Shown here: one piece after another, positions 1 through 13,324 of the stretch | Position numbering within the stretch: position 1 is the first letter of the stretch | Layout of the letters: the number at the start of each line of letters is the position of its first letter | Assembly (NCBI GenBank): GCA_951406725.2 | Contig: OX597821.1 | Span: forward strand, 73,656,001 to 73,720,000 | DNA length: 64,000 nt | Reading direction: 5' to 3' | Source: Octopus vulgaris | Taxonomy: Eukaryota | Notes under the pieces: generated by a model | Told to the model about the DNA's origin: nothing | Database searches by the model: none | Seen by the model: only the letters and a program-made list of their open reading frames with translations | Position numbers and translations under genes: made by a program

Positions 1-229
1 ATAGAAAAGAAATACGATATATTGACAGAAAATAGATTGATGGGGGTGAAGAAGGTGAATGGGCGAGGGTTAGGGTTAGTAGAAGTGTGAGGGTGGGAGA
101 GAGAGAGGGAGATTCGGGGAAAGAGAAGGAGAGAGAGTAGGAAGGATTGTGAGTGATAGTGAAGAGGTAGGTATGATATACAATGTAAGGGATAGTGAGA
201 GGAAAGAATGGTATAGGGCATTTGTTACT

Positions 230-460
230 TATGGACTCTTTAGGTTCATATTTTACTCGGGTGGACCCTCAAAATCTTTCGATGTTTAAGAACCCCCTTT
301 TGTGTTTTTGCAATTAAATATTATTAGGAATTGTATAAAAAAAATTGTTAAAATATTTTGTGAATTGTAGAAGTTTAACCGTTTTATTTCACATAAATTT
401 TAAGGAAATCCTTATCTGGACCCCAAAGGTTCATGTGGATTCCAGTTGAGAAGCACGGAT
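230..460. mobile_element. Diverged non-autonomous DNA-transposon (hAT-like MITE) remnant
   Basis: Shares TTCGATGTTTAA, AATTAAATATTATTAGGAA(A)TTGTA and a terminal TTGAGAA(G/C)C with a second copy at ~49740-49930. The end resembles hAT-type TIRs (..GTTGAGAACCACTG). Confidence 0.45.
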
Positions 461-562
461 ATAGAGAGTGTGAGAAAGAAATGAGGTAAATCTGAGAAGT
501 GTGAGTGCGAGTGTTGAGAAAGGTCATAAGAAATCCGAGTGTGAGGAGGGATTAGTTAAATA

Positions 563-813
563 TTGGGTTGGTGCATAATTATTGCGGCTTTCCTTTAACA
601 AATTTAGTACAGCAAAAACAATAACAAGATTTAACAAAAACATCTTTAAATGACGGTCTGACCGTCTGCCAAGCAAATGGGAAGCAGTAATTGAAGTAGA
701 TGATGAATATGCCTCGGAATAATCATTTAAATATGTTTTTGTTACGCGTTGTTATTGTTTTCGTTGAATAAAATTTGTTGAAAAAGAGCCGCAATAATTA
801 TGCACCAACCCAA
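563..813 (+). mobile_element. Mariner-derived MITE
   Basis: TIRs TTGGGTTGGTGCATAATTATTGCGGC / GCCGCAATAATTATGCACCAACCCAA with TA on the left flank. Centre (660-722) encodes DRLPSKWEAVIEVDDEYASE*, matching the mariner transposase C-terminus (LPxRWxxVIExxGEY). Confidence 0.9.
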
Positions 814-908
814 AAGAATATTTTGTGAGAGAGGTTTTGTGAAAGATAAACACATAATGTGGTAGAGCCGTGTGAGTGTGGTTGTGTGTGTGTGTTTGTA
901 TGTGTATT

Positions 909-911
<3 letters not shown>

Positions 912-966
<55 letters not shown>
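912..966. repeat. (GT)n microsatellite
   Basis: Direct reading; another (GT)n at 1234-1269. Confidence 0.98.
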
Positions 967-973
<7 letters not shown>

Positions 974-1231
974 CTTGGTGCGCGCGTGTATGTAAACAGA
1001 AAGACTTCCATAATAAAGAAAGAAAATCGCGAACAAGGCGAGAAGTGTGAAAGAATAAAAGAAAGAAAAAGATAATGAGAAGGAAAATGTTGTGAGGCGG
1101 AGGGAGGGAAGGAGAAAGACAAAGAGAATAAAGAAAAGTGACAGGGACTTGACCAGAACAAACCTTATTCTTGTGAAGTGAGTCGCCTTAAAACCTTATT
1201 GATTCTTTGTCATTTCAAAATGTAGCGTTCA

Positions 1232-1272
<41 letters not shown>

Positions 1273-2469
1273 CATGTGTGTGCGTGTGCGTGTGTAAGAG
1301 GGAGGGAGAGAGAGAAAAAAGGAAGGGGAGAGATAAAAGACCCAACACATAATAAAATGATACAGTATAATTTACCAATCCTAAACAGTCATCATTTTTA
1401 TGGCATTTCCCAGTTCTTCCCCCACCAATTTCTCTCACTTCTTTGTAAAACGGCAGCCAATTCATTCCTTGTAACAAATAAATCCAGCTTGACCCTTGTC
1501 CATCTCAGTGATGGCCATTGCATTTATTATTGTTATTCTTACCGTCATTAATATCTGCGTGTGTGTATGAGATCGCTGACCGTCTAGCAATTCTGTCCAA
1601 CTGTCCAAAATATAATCATCTCAACTTGGCCATTATTTATCCATCTGATAAAAACCTGTTAACCTCTTAATTGATACGCAAGTTGTTGGGGCGTGAAAAA
1701 CTGTCGATTTCTGAGCGATCAGCTTGGCCTGACATTTGTACGAAGCAATTCTAGCTTGGCACTAGCCATAATATACAAAAATATAATAATATATAAAAAA
1801 GAAACGATTGTCCGAGCGATTACCAAACGTCCATATTTGACTATATTCATTACTGTCTCTTTAACCCCAACGTTTTCAGGTGGCAAATGAAAAGCAGGGG
1901 AGCAGAAGACACGGAGACGTACAGACACATTCAGATAAAGACAACGTAGAGGAAAGGACAAGAACAAAACCAGCAAACAAATATATATAAATGAATGAAT
2001 GGAGAGCTAACACTACAGATGGCATCAATAAATATCGAATTGAATAGGAAGAAATGGAGAAGAAATTGAAGCCAAAGGAGAAAGACTATGAGAAGGAACA
2101 GTGATAACTATTTATCACGACACACGAGAAGAATATTTCATATTTCCACTAATAAAACTGAGATATAGGATAGTTGAATTAATGGAGTATAAGATAGATA
2201 ACCAGCTGAGGCGGGGGGGGGGGTCAATGGTTTGTATCCTGTCGTCTGCAATTTTATTGTCACCTAAGCCATGACACTTAACCCCCGACGGTAAAGGTGA
2301 TATATTTCACCGCTAAAACAGAATTTTCGCGGCAACATTGACGAGACATTCGTTGGTTCAGAGCAGTGTTGAGTTCAAATTCTCATGAGAAAAATTACCT
2401 GTAATAGACTGCTGTTACTCTCCGAGCTATAAATGTGTGTCTCATTTATTGAACTCCATAGCAAGCAGG

Positions 2470-2600
2470 CGACCACAAAGTACTGGTCAAAGTATGGAGA
2501 TCTGTGAAAGTGGGAAAGAGATTCATAATGTCCAGAGCACTACAGGGCAAAGGGCAACAAAATACAAAGATTCTCGACTTACAGTCCCAAACGATTTTAC
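2470..2600 (+). mobile_element. Very degraded CR1-like LINE fragment
   Basis: A frameshifted VW followed by QRATKY resembles the CR1 post-RT motif EYCxxVW...LExVQRRATK. Confidence 0.3.
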
Positions 2601-3019
2601 CTCATTCACACAACTCATAAGAAAGGCATGGATGTTACGAATTCCCATTTGCTTTACCAAAAATATATTGTGCATAATGTTTTTACTTCTACTATCTATA
2701 AATATCGATATCGATCTGCTTGTCACGATATTCGTGTGTGAGTGTTAATTGATACCTTCTGATCACGTAACGTCGGTCGGTCGAGTCTGTTTATCTCCAT
2801 TAGGACATGGCTAAATAAACAGCAATAATTATTGTAGGGTCTCTAATTTATATGATGAGTTCAAAACAAAAAAAACAAAAAACAAAAAAAAAACCCAGTA
2901 TATTTCTTTTTGCTTTCTGGTGACATTCAGTGAATAATGTGAAGTTTGTGTCAAAACTGAAACAAAAGGACTTTAACTGTTTTTGTTAATAGAGATTTTT
3001 TTAAAACTCTGAGCATCGC

Positions 3020-3272
3020 ATAGATGTATCTATGTATGTATGTGTGTGTGTATGTATGCATGTATGTGTGTGTGTTTGCACGTGTGTATGTATGTATGTA
3101 TGCATGTATGTGTGTGTTTGCACGTGTGTATGTATGTATGTATGCATGTGTGTATGCATGTATGTATGCATGTATGAATGTGTGTATGCATGCATGTATG
3201 TATGTGTGCATGTATATGTATATGTATGCATGCATGCATGTATGTGTATATGTATGTATGTATGTATGTACG
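3020..3272. repeat. (TATG/CATG/TG)n compound microsatellite
   Basis: Direct reading. Confidence 0.95.
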
Positions 3273-3812
3273 TGCGCAGTTTATTTCAAGACATCTTGCC
3301 AATAGAGAAAGAACCGGTTTCTAGCCTAGATCCATCGCTCCTTCTTTGGAATTTCAACATCAACAACAGGGTATTTTTGTTTGTATGTATGTATGTGCAG
3401 ATTTGTATGATTTATGTATGTATTCTCATGCATATAGTTGCATATCTAGACAAGCTCATATATATATTGAAATGATATACTTCTGAAAGATTTACAGATT
3501 TTTACAGTTCCAGTGATGGATTGTATCTGTAGTCGTTGAATTAGCTTTCCTCTTTCTGGTTTTGAGAAGCCTAATTTCTCAAGATTGGTATTTGGGCAAT
3601 GTGTTACATATTCGAAAGCCCAAATAATTTCAGGTATAAATCTGAACTTGTAATCTGGATAGAGTAACTGTAGATTTCTCAATAGTTCAGCGTAGGTGTT
3701 CTCTTTTTCACTGATCTTCAGCTTTATGTTAACATCCGCTGGGCAGCTAATTTCCACAACTGTACACAGTTTCTCTTCTCTATCCCAAATCATTATATCA
3801 GGTCTGTTGTGA
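3272..3812 (-). mobile_element. 3' fragment of RLE-type (R4/Dong- or NeSL-like) non-LTR retrotransposon
   Basis: NRPDIMIWDREEKLCTVVEISCP...KISEKENTY is a PD-(D/E)xK restriction-like endonuclease motif. It is followed by a 3' UTR; a diverged second UTR copy lies at ~3960-4045. Confidence 0.85.
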
Positions 3813-3822
3813 AAAATTAGAG

Positions 3823-3933
<111 letters not shown>

Positions 3934-4840
3934 CTGTTACCTTCTGCTTTTTAATTATTTGACATCTTCATCAGAGGAAGGAACTGGTTTCTATCAAAGA
4001 TACAAAGCCTCATCGTTGGAATGTAGATAACAAAACAATGTCACATTTTAAACTTGAAAAAAGTCTTGCATATTTTTTACTGTTCTACTTACAGAATGCA
4101 TTTGTAATGTGTGAGTTAGTTGGTTGACTTCCCTTTATGAATACTCTACTTTTCCAAATTGTCGCTCAGGCATTTACTTACAAAACAAATCTGGATACAG
4201 AAGCTGCAGGTTTCGAAGCAGTAGGATGTGCCAAAATTTGAAATCAGTTATTTTCTGTGAGTGAGTGTGTGTGAGTGTGTATGCATTAAACGATCGTCCA
4301 GCATAATAAACATCTGAGCGTTCTAAATTCTTTACTGATGATAGCACTAATAATGGTTTCTAACTGTGGTACATGATCACAAACCATTCTGGGTGGAATA
4401 ATTAAGTCTGATATAATAATTTGTCTCGTACTTATATTATCGACCCAGGGAAACATGATGACACCGAGTTTGACTGGAGGAGCTAAAGGGACGTCGCTCA
4501 ATGCCGAAGACTATTTTGTTCAGATCATTCGTTACCCCTCCAATTATTAATTCTGAAATAGGGACACAACGACCACAACACCACTAATGCATCACTCTTA
4601 ATTATTCTGTGACTAGAATATTTTAATGAAGGGCACTATAGATTTTATGGTGCGACTGTTTTATTCTATGATTATTATAAATAACTTCCTTAATCTGACA
4701 AATTCTGTAGAATAAGTCTGATCTATAATTTTCTTTACACATAAACAATATCTAAGTTTTAGGATTTTAAAATATTATGGACAGTGATTGACATATCAGT
4801 AAATTGTGGCATTAGATATGTATATATATATATATATATA

Positions 4841-5360
<520 letters not shown>

Positions 5361-6296
5361 GCATTGTTCAATTAAATGGAGCCGCTTGAAACGGTCGTGC
5401 TGTATTACTACTTGATATCCTGTTGCTTATTTTGACACACACACATACACATGTATGTAACCAGTTTTTCTACGAAAATTCTTTCGCCGAATATGTTTTC
5501 AGCAATTTTTTTCCAAAACACATATATATGTGTGTATATAGTTATAGATATATATGCATTTATTAGTGTAAGCGTATACATCTAAAACTACCGTAGCGTT
5601 ACAATTTATACTAGAATTTTTGAAATGGCTAAAGAATTAGTTGTTTTTGATGTGGAACGCCCTCAAAACTACAAGACGAGGATACGAACTCCTCTCTTCA
5701 GTTCAACCTCTTTATTAAATGAATAAATAAATAAATAGATAAATAAACAGAATATATATGAAGAGAAAATGCTGGTGTGCTTTGAGACAGAGGAATATCT
5801 AATACACCCAAGATTTCTTCTTCTTCTCCTTTTTTTTTTCTGTATATTCAACTGCAAAACCCGCAACAGTCTTCGTATCTATTTCGACTTAAAGGCACGT
5901 AAAAGCTTAAGAGAACCACAGCTGAGAGGATGTTTTGCTCCATTGTGCAATGGTGGTTCTGTGAAAAGAACGGCGAACGACACGTGACTTCAGTCCATTT
6001 GCAACTCTATGATAATTCTTCGATCACATGACTATGTCAACAAATGAAACGTAGTTACTATAAAGAAAAGGAAGTACCACCAATTTGCTTGCTACCTGTA
6101 TGCCTGCATGTGACGGGAGCGGACGTTTATATAGCAGGCGCGAAAACTACGAGACTGTTTGTTTGTTTGTGTGTGCAGATGTAAATATATTTAGATACAG
6201 GGATATATGCGTTTGTGTGCCTATAGACATGTGTGTGTTTGTATACATAGATATATAGATTGTGTGTGTATATATATATATGTGTGTGTGTGTTTA

Positions 6297-6396
<100 letters not shown>

Positions 6397-6408
6397 CATC
6401 CATCCATC

Positions 6409-6635
6409 CAGGGTGTTCAAAAAGTCTATCTGCAGTAAATTTTTTTCAACATGTGCATCACCATGGTGCTACTTCAAGAGTTTTTCGGTGAACAGATTAT
6501 TTCCAAGGGACTTTAGCTACCAAGATCACCTGATTTAACATCGCCAGATATGTTTCCTGGGGAGCAAGTAAAGAATCAGTGTACAAGAATCGCCCGAAAA
6601 CTATTAAATACTTACTGCGGAGAAACTTTTTGAAC

Positions 6636-6641
<6 letters not shown>
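6409..6641 (+). mobile_element. Tc1/mariner (rosa/maT-like) internally deleted element
   Basis: ~30-bp TIRs CAGGGTGTTCAAAAAGTCTATCTGCAGTAA / TTACTGCGGAGAAACTTTTTGAACACCCTA. Interior encodes LLQEFFGEQIISKGL*LPRSPDLTSPDMF..WG..KESVYKNRP (WPPRSPDLTPxDFFLWG catalytic motif, with a stop and frameshift). Confidence 0.88.
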
Positions 6642-6688
<47 letters not shown>

Positions 6689-7558
6689 CTACATGTACAT
6701 ATATATATGTGTATAACACATAGAGAGACGAAAAACATAGACACAAACCAAGGAACAAGACAGGCAAAAAAAAAAAAAGGGAGATACAGGACAATAAGCA
6801 CAACGAAAAATCCCCTTCTTCAGTCGCTAAAGTTTCATCTACTAAACGTTTCGAAGGATAAAAGCGAGACGTATACTTCGAATGAAAAATTCCTTCCTGC
6901 GAAAAGCAAATCAATTAAAATTCTGAGATCTTTTCGCAGAGGGGTAAAAAAAGCAAGACGGTAACGACAGTACAAACATATAAACAGTAAAAAAAAATAT
7001 ATATAAACAGTGGAAAAATAAATATATAACAGTGAGAGACAGGACAAGGAGAACAAGATAAGAAGGGCTGTTAACGCCAGACGAAAAAAGTATTGCAAAC
7101 GCTGGATTATAGTGGACGACGAGAGAGGAAGATGTCGACCAGTGGCCTTAGAAGGCAGGCGAGAAAGGACGGGATAGCAGTTACGACGGAAGTACGTCGC
7201 AGATGGACGACGGGAATGGGGGAGGAGGAGCAAGAGGAAGAGAGAGAAGAAGGGGAATGGTGCGAGGAGACCATGAAGAACAGTGAGGGGGAGAGAGAGA
7301 GAGGAAGAGACAAGTTAAGTGAGGGAAAAAAAGACGAAAAAGGGAATGGGAGAGAAAGAAAGAAAGATGCAGAGTCGCGTGAGAGTTAATATCAAGGCGA
7401 ACTTGATAAACAGAACAATCTTACTTAATAGGGTGCGTGCGTTTAGTCGTATAATATGTTAATAAAATATATGCATATATATAAACATATATGTACGTAC
7501 CTACCTCTATATGTACATATACACGCATATATGTGTACAGGACACCAAAAAGACGTCG

Positions 7559-7650
7559 AACACATAGAGAGACGAAAAACATAGACACAAACCACAAGAA
7601 AAAACAACAACGCGAGGACATGGGATATGTACAGTGTTATTGGACGCTCC
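7559..7650 (-). mobile_element. Truncated copy of the hammerhead-bearing repeat at 63160-63345
   Basis: Reverse complement GAGCGTCCAATAACACTGTACATATCCCATGTCCTCGCGTTGTTGTTTTTT aligns with 63270-63320. Confidence 0.65.
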
Positions 7651-7677
7651 TCTCTCTCTATATAGTGTGCCTGTATA

Positions 7678-7717
<40 letters not shown>

Positions 7718-7836
7718 CATGTACGCATACATATCTATATTTAATCTATACATATATGCATACATCCATCCATCTCTGTCATTCTGTTTGTCTGTCTCTA
7801 TATTTATATATGTGAAAAAAGCCTACCGTGTGTGTG

Positions 7837-7907
<71 letters not shown>

Positions 7908-7910
7908 ACA

Positions 7911-7975
7911 CGACGGGCTTCTTTCAGTTTCCGTCTATCAAATCCACTCACAAGACTTTGGTCGGCTCGAGGCTA
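7911..7975 (-). mobile_element. SINE family A fragment
   Basis: CGACGGGCTTCTTTCAGTTTCCGTCTATCAAATCCACTCACAAG next to (TATC)n. Confidence 0.85.
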
Positions 7976-8160
7976 CGTAATTCACCCCCATACACATATA
8001 TACATTTACGCACATATACATATAAGCACATATATACATCCACTCACACATACTCTCATGCACATGCATGTGCTCACACAGGTGCGCATCCTCCATGGGA
8101 CAGCACGTATATGCATGGATACCCCCGCATACACACACATACTCAAAGTTTTAGCACAAA

Positions 8161-8310
8161 CAGGCGCACACTTGGGTGTGTGGTAAGAAGCTTGCTTCCC
8201 AACCACATAGTTCCGGGTTCAGTGCCATTGCGTGGCACCTTGGTCAAGTGTCTTCTGCTATAGCCTTGGACTTGTGAGTGGATTTGATAGACAGAAACTG
8301 AAAGAAGCCC

Positions 8311-8352
<42 letters not shown>

Positions 8353-8627
8353 GTATCTTAACGTGTATAAGGAACCCCCTTATGTGTGTGTGTGTGTGTA
8401 AGTGTGAGTTTTTGCGTGTGTTTACCTCCCACCACCGTTTGACAACCGATGTTGGTGTGTTTATGTCTCCGTAACTTAGCGGTTCGGCAAAAGGAACCGA
8501 TACCATAAGTACCGGGCTCAAATAGAAAAAAAAAAAAAGTACCGGTGTCGATTCATTTGATTAAAAATTGTTCAGGGCGGTGCCCCAGCATGGTCGCAGT
8601 CTAATGACTGAAACAAGTAAAAGATAA
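8161..8627 (+). mobile_element. SINE family A, full length
   Basis: Head, body, microsatellite slot and tail all present. The slot contains a short TACCGTATCTTAACGTGTATAAG transposon-end-like insert, similar to ~20622-20645. Confidence 0.9.
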
Positions 8628-8965
8628 ACATTCTAGTTCTCTCCCTCTCTCTCTCCTTTCTCCCTCACCCCTCATCCCCTCTCTTTCCTTTCTCCCACTC
8701 CCCCTCTCTTTCTCCTTTATTACTCACACTGTCCGTAAAACAACATGCCCTAATTCATGCGCTTACCTATTTGCTTTTATACGCATGCGCACATCTAAAT
8801 GTATAGACATATATAGACATACACACACACTCACAATCATACATTTACAATTTGTACAGACAAATATACTGAGTTATACACTTCTACACAGCTCTACAGA
8901 TATGTAATACACAAATGCAGACACACTTATGAAAACGTATACAACAAACAAAAGCACTCTACTAC

Positions 8966-9053
<88 letters not shown>

Positions 9054-9679
9054 CACGCATTTATACATCCATACATTTATGTATACCTATTTACACTCAT
9101 ACACATACATACGCTCATAGACTTGTACACACACACATTCATACACTCGTGGACATAAACGATAACAAACGCACTTCAGTGTATTTACGACTGCCATGTT
9201 GTGCTGGTGGTCAACGGCAGACATACCGGAACCGGAAACAAATGATTTATAACAACAACAATAACAACAAACAGACGACCCCCACCAACGAATAAAACAA
9301 CTGCAGCAACAACAAAAACAACAAACGACTGCAAAGGAACAAGACTAATCGCCATTCTTCTTCTGGTGGTTGTTTGTCGTAGGAAAGTTTTAACAGCAAA
9401 TCTGACTTTTTCGTTGTTTGTTTTCCACTTTTATTTGTTTTGTTTGGTTTTGTTTATTTGTTGTTTTTTTTTTTAGCAATTCTTATTCAATATTTATTTT
9501 TTGTTGGGAGTCCGTATAATTAGCTGCCTAGACACGATCTAGAAACCACCCCTTTTGTAAAGTCAGCAGCGTAGCCAGAAAAAAACAAACAAACACAGAA
9601 CAAAACAAATAAATATATAAACAAGAGGGCGGAAGGAAATTTGTCAGGTATGAACGACTGACGAACAGACAGACAAAAG

Positions 9680-9717
<38 letters not shown>

Positions 9718-9899
9718 AAAGGCAACGTTTTTTCCCTCTTCAAACCAATGGCGTCTAAGACTTCCCTTCCCCCCCCATTCTCTATTTCTCTTTACTGCTT
9801 TTTTGTTTTGTTTTATTGACGTCTTGTTTATCCGGGTAGTCTTTAAATCTTGTTGTTGTTGTTGTTATTGTTGTTGTTATAGGTGTTGCTGAAGAGGAA

Positions 9900-10110
9900 A
9901 GATGGCGGAATTGATAAATCGTCGGGGAAATATGCTTCGCGGTATTCCTTCTGACGTTCTGAGTTCAAATACCACCGAAGTCAGCTGCCGCCTTTCAGCC
10001 CTTTGGAGCGGAGGAAATACAGAAATGGCAATCAAATACTGGGATTAATGGTATCACTGACCCCTCCCCTCAAAACTAGTAGCCTTCTGCCTAAATAGGA
10101 AACCGGTATT
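9900..10110 (+). mobile_element. SINE family B, old diverged copy
   Basis: GGCGG...GAAATATGCTTCGCGGTATT...ACGTTCTGAGTTCAAAT...GCCTTTCA matches the family B head and core. Confidence 0.7.
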
Positions 10111-10186
10111 GTAAGTGTTGCTGTTACTCTCATGAACAATGGCGTTCCATCCGTGACTATCGCGTCTCTTAACACACACATGTATG

Positions 10187-10227
<41 letters not shown>

Positions 10228-10401
10228 AATATATATATATATACATACATATATATATGTATATACACACACACACACACATGTATAGATATATATAAAT
10301 ATATATATATACACACACACAGAGATATATCATATATATATATATGTATGTACACACACACACACACACACATACACACATATATATATATATATATATA
10401 T

Positions 10402-10612
10402 GAAGGAGAGGAGCTTTCTCCGTCCGGGTTGCGGATATGTGGAACAACCTGCCAGACGAGATGGTGAAGATGCCGACGACCGCTTTGTTCAAAGCCTCCC
10501 TTGACCTCAAGTGGCCTGAACTCTTTACATGAACACCACGCTGTACTTAACTCCATGTCCCCCTACATGGCCTTGCTATTTGCTTTTGAGCCAAATTAAC
10601 TAACTAACTAAC
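10402..10612 (+). mobile_element. 5'-truncated CR1-clade LINE with (TAAC)n tail
   Basis: RGAFSVRVADMWNNLPDEMVKMPTTALFKASLDLKWPELFT* is the CR1 C-terminal FSxRVxxxWNxLP...FKxxLD motif; short UTR ending in TAAC repeats; inserted in (TA)n. Confidence 0.88.
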
Positions 10613-10950
10613 ATATATATATATATATATATATATAATGTACACACAAATATATATACAAACGCATATATATATACACACGCATATATATATATATATT
10701 GAAGAACGAAGGCTTTGAATGACCCGTTTGTCTTTTTGTTCGTCCCTTCGTGTATTTCACGTTATTTATTTATGTAAAGGTTTATTATATACAAATATAT
10801 ATACATATTTTAGGCAATTTCTTCCTTATTCCACGATTCCAAATTAAAACTTCTAATTTCGCCAAATATGAAGGAATGATTTATCTCCCCGTCCACTAAG
10901 GAACTGAACACGAAAAAAATATTAATAATAATTTCTTTATTAGCCTCAAA

Positions 10951-11187
10951 CGCGTGGCTTAGTGGTTAGAGTGTCGTCATCATGATCGTAAGATTGTGGT
11001 TTCGATTCCTGGACCGGGCGACGCGTTGTGTTCTTGCGCAAAACACTTCATTTCCACTCAGCTGGCAAAAATGAGTAACGCTGCGATGGACTGGCGTCCT
11101 GTTCAGCTGGGAAACACACACGCCATAGAAACCGGGAAACTGGGCCCATGAACCAGGCTAGGCTTTAAAAGGGCGCATTTATTAATA
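10951..11187 (+). mobile_element. tRNA-derived SINE family C (variant tail) with 14-bp TSD
   Basis: A box TGGCTTAGTGG, B box GTTTCGATTCC; TSD TTATTAGCCTCAAA (10937-10950) / TTATTAACCTCAAA (11188-11201). Confidence 0.88.
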
Positions 11188-12889
11188 TTATTAACCTCAA
11201 AGGCTTCAAAATATAGAGGAAAATTTCACAGTAGCGTTAAGAATGGGGCTTAAAACGTTTGTTAGGTGGGACGGACAAATTACACTGTGACGAACGGAGA
11301 GGTGAGAGGTATTATACAATATATAATGGGAAGAATTTTAAAACGATAGAAATAATAACCCACACAATACAAGAATTAAAACAAGACGTTTATATATAAT
11401 TTAAACGTCTGTTTGCACACTGATTAAGTGGTCACTCTATGTCCATCTTGCGCTGTTCATAGCTGGAAACTCTACTCTCAACCATGCGGAGCTCTTTTGT
11501 TAGACTGGGCAAAAAAAAAAAAGAAAAAAAAGAAGGCCTACGTCCTCTAGATCGCTGACTTATAAATACCCCATTTTATTTTTGTCCGATAGTTTTACTA
11601 ATTTGCTTTCCCGATCCTTATAAATACTTCGCCAGAAAATTTCTCGTGAATTTCATAAGAACTTCGTTAGTATAGCGAATGGCTGTCTTTCATTTTGTTC
11701 TGCGAGGAAAACGGTTCCTCTTCACAGAATGTAAGTCCATCCTTCACAATGCATTTTTCTTGCCTTTAAAAAATTTTTTATTGGGTCTGTTTCATTTTTT
11801 CCTCAAGAAATCTGTCTACCTTCTTCGGCATCTATCAGGTGTCCATCCTCATCGACTGAAAGGGTACTACTGCTTTGAGGGTGTACTACCCTGAACACTT
11901 GCCCTTATTTTACTACGCAAATGATGATTGGTCAGAAGAACATGGGGGGGGGGGGAGAAAAACAAAAAAGCGAAAATAACAGCAGCTACAACATGTACAG
12001 AAAGGGACGAGAAAAACCCATCATTAACACCACCAACAACAACACCATTATCATCACCACCACCACAACAACAACACTAAACGAATGAAAAGAAAAGCAA
12101 CGTCTACAACAATAACAACAAAAGCGACTTTGAGGAAGAAGACGAAGACAACAACTGCAACAACAACAATAATATTGTTAAGAGAATAAGATAAGGCAAT
12201 GACAACAACAACGTCAGTAAAACTGACGATGGGGAAAAAAAGACAAACGAGAACAATTACAACAATAAAAACTAACTTTGTATTGTGGACAACAATAACA
12301 ACAATAACAGTAATAAACAAAAAAGAATTTCAATAAATCGAAATCAACATGGCTTACAACCAGAAGAACAACGAAAATAATAATAATGTGTATAAATATA
12401 AATAACCGTAAAAAATAAACCCCAAAGAAGCTGGCAACTATTATTACATACAACCCTCCTCCTATTCCCCTTCCTTCTCCTCATGATAGTGATGATGATG
12501 ATGGTGGTGATGGTGGTGATGATGATGGTGATGATGGTGATGATGATTATAATCATCATCATTATCATCATTATCGTCATCATCATTGTCCACAATAATA
12601 ACAACCAGCCAATATATGCCTGCACTACTTTCTTACTTTCTCCTCTCCCCTCCTCCCGGCCTCTCGTTGCTTGATTCTAAAATGCGTGACCAATACAAAT
12701 ATGAAAAATTCAATTAAATCTCACTCTCTCTTTTTAGACTCCATCTTTCGCTGACTGAAGAAGACCTTCTGAAAGAGTTCCACTCCAAAGACACCAAACA
12801 TACACACACAAAGCAGCTCATTCATCGGACACCATTTTTCACTCCTTCCTTTCATTTCTTCTATTTCTTTCTTTCCTTCTTTCCTTCCT

Positions 12890-12923
<34 letters not shown>

Positions 12924-13324
12924 TTTCTTCCTTCCTTTTTACATTCAGTCATTCTTTTCTTCTTTTTATCTTCCTTCCTTCCTTCCTTCCTTCCTCATAG
13001 CCATTTCAGGTTCCAATCAGTCGTTATTACGACCAAACTGGTTCGGTAGCGGTGGGCGTGGGTGGGTTGCATGATTTGTGGTGCGTTTTGCAGACTTTTC
13101 CATCGTCCCCAGAATGGGATGGTTGGGTGAAAGTGTAGGTGGGTGGGTGTATATCTCAGTTGCGGATGCGGTTATTAGAGCAGAGGAGCGGAGAAGGCCG
13201 TAATAATCCGACTGACCGCCACCACCAAGAGATGATCTTCACACCTCCATTAAACTAATAGTTTTGCCAATCAATAAATTAGCAACAAATACATCACACT
13301 ACATCCATTCGGACCTGTCTCTCT

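Noticed and set aside
3310-3355. GAAACCGGTT palindrome in the RLE element's 3' UTR (minus strand)
   Set aside because: No CUGANGA at the required position in either UTR copy.
5660-5706. Minus-strand CTGAAGA followed by a 5-bp hairpin
   Set aside because: GAAA is replaced by GTCT, so the core is incomplete.
12745-12790. CTGAAGA-AGA(CCT)TCT-GAAA-GAGT(TCC)ACTC hammerhead-like motif
   Set aside because: The essential U16.1 is C and there is no stem I pairing; probably chance.
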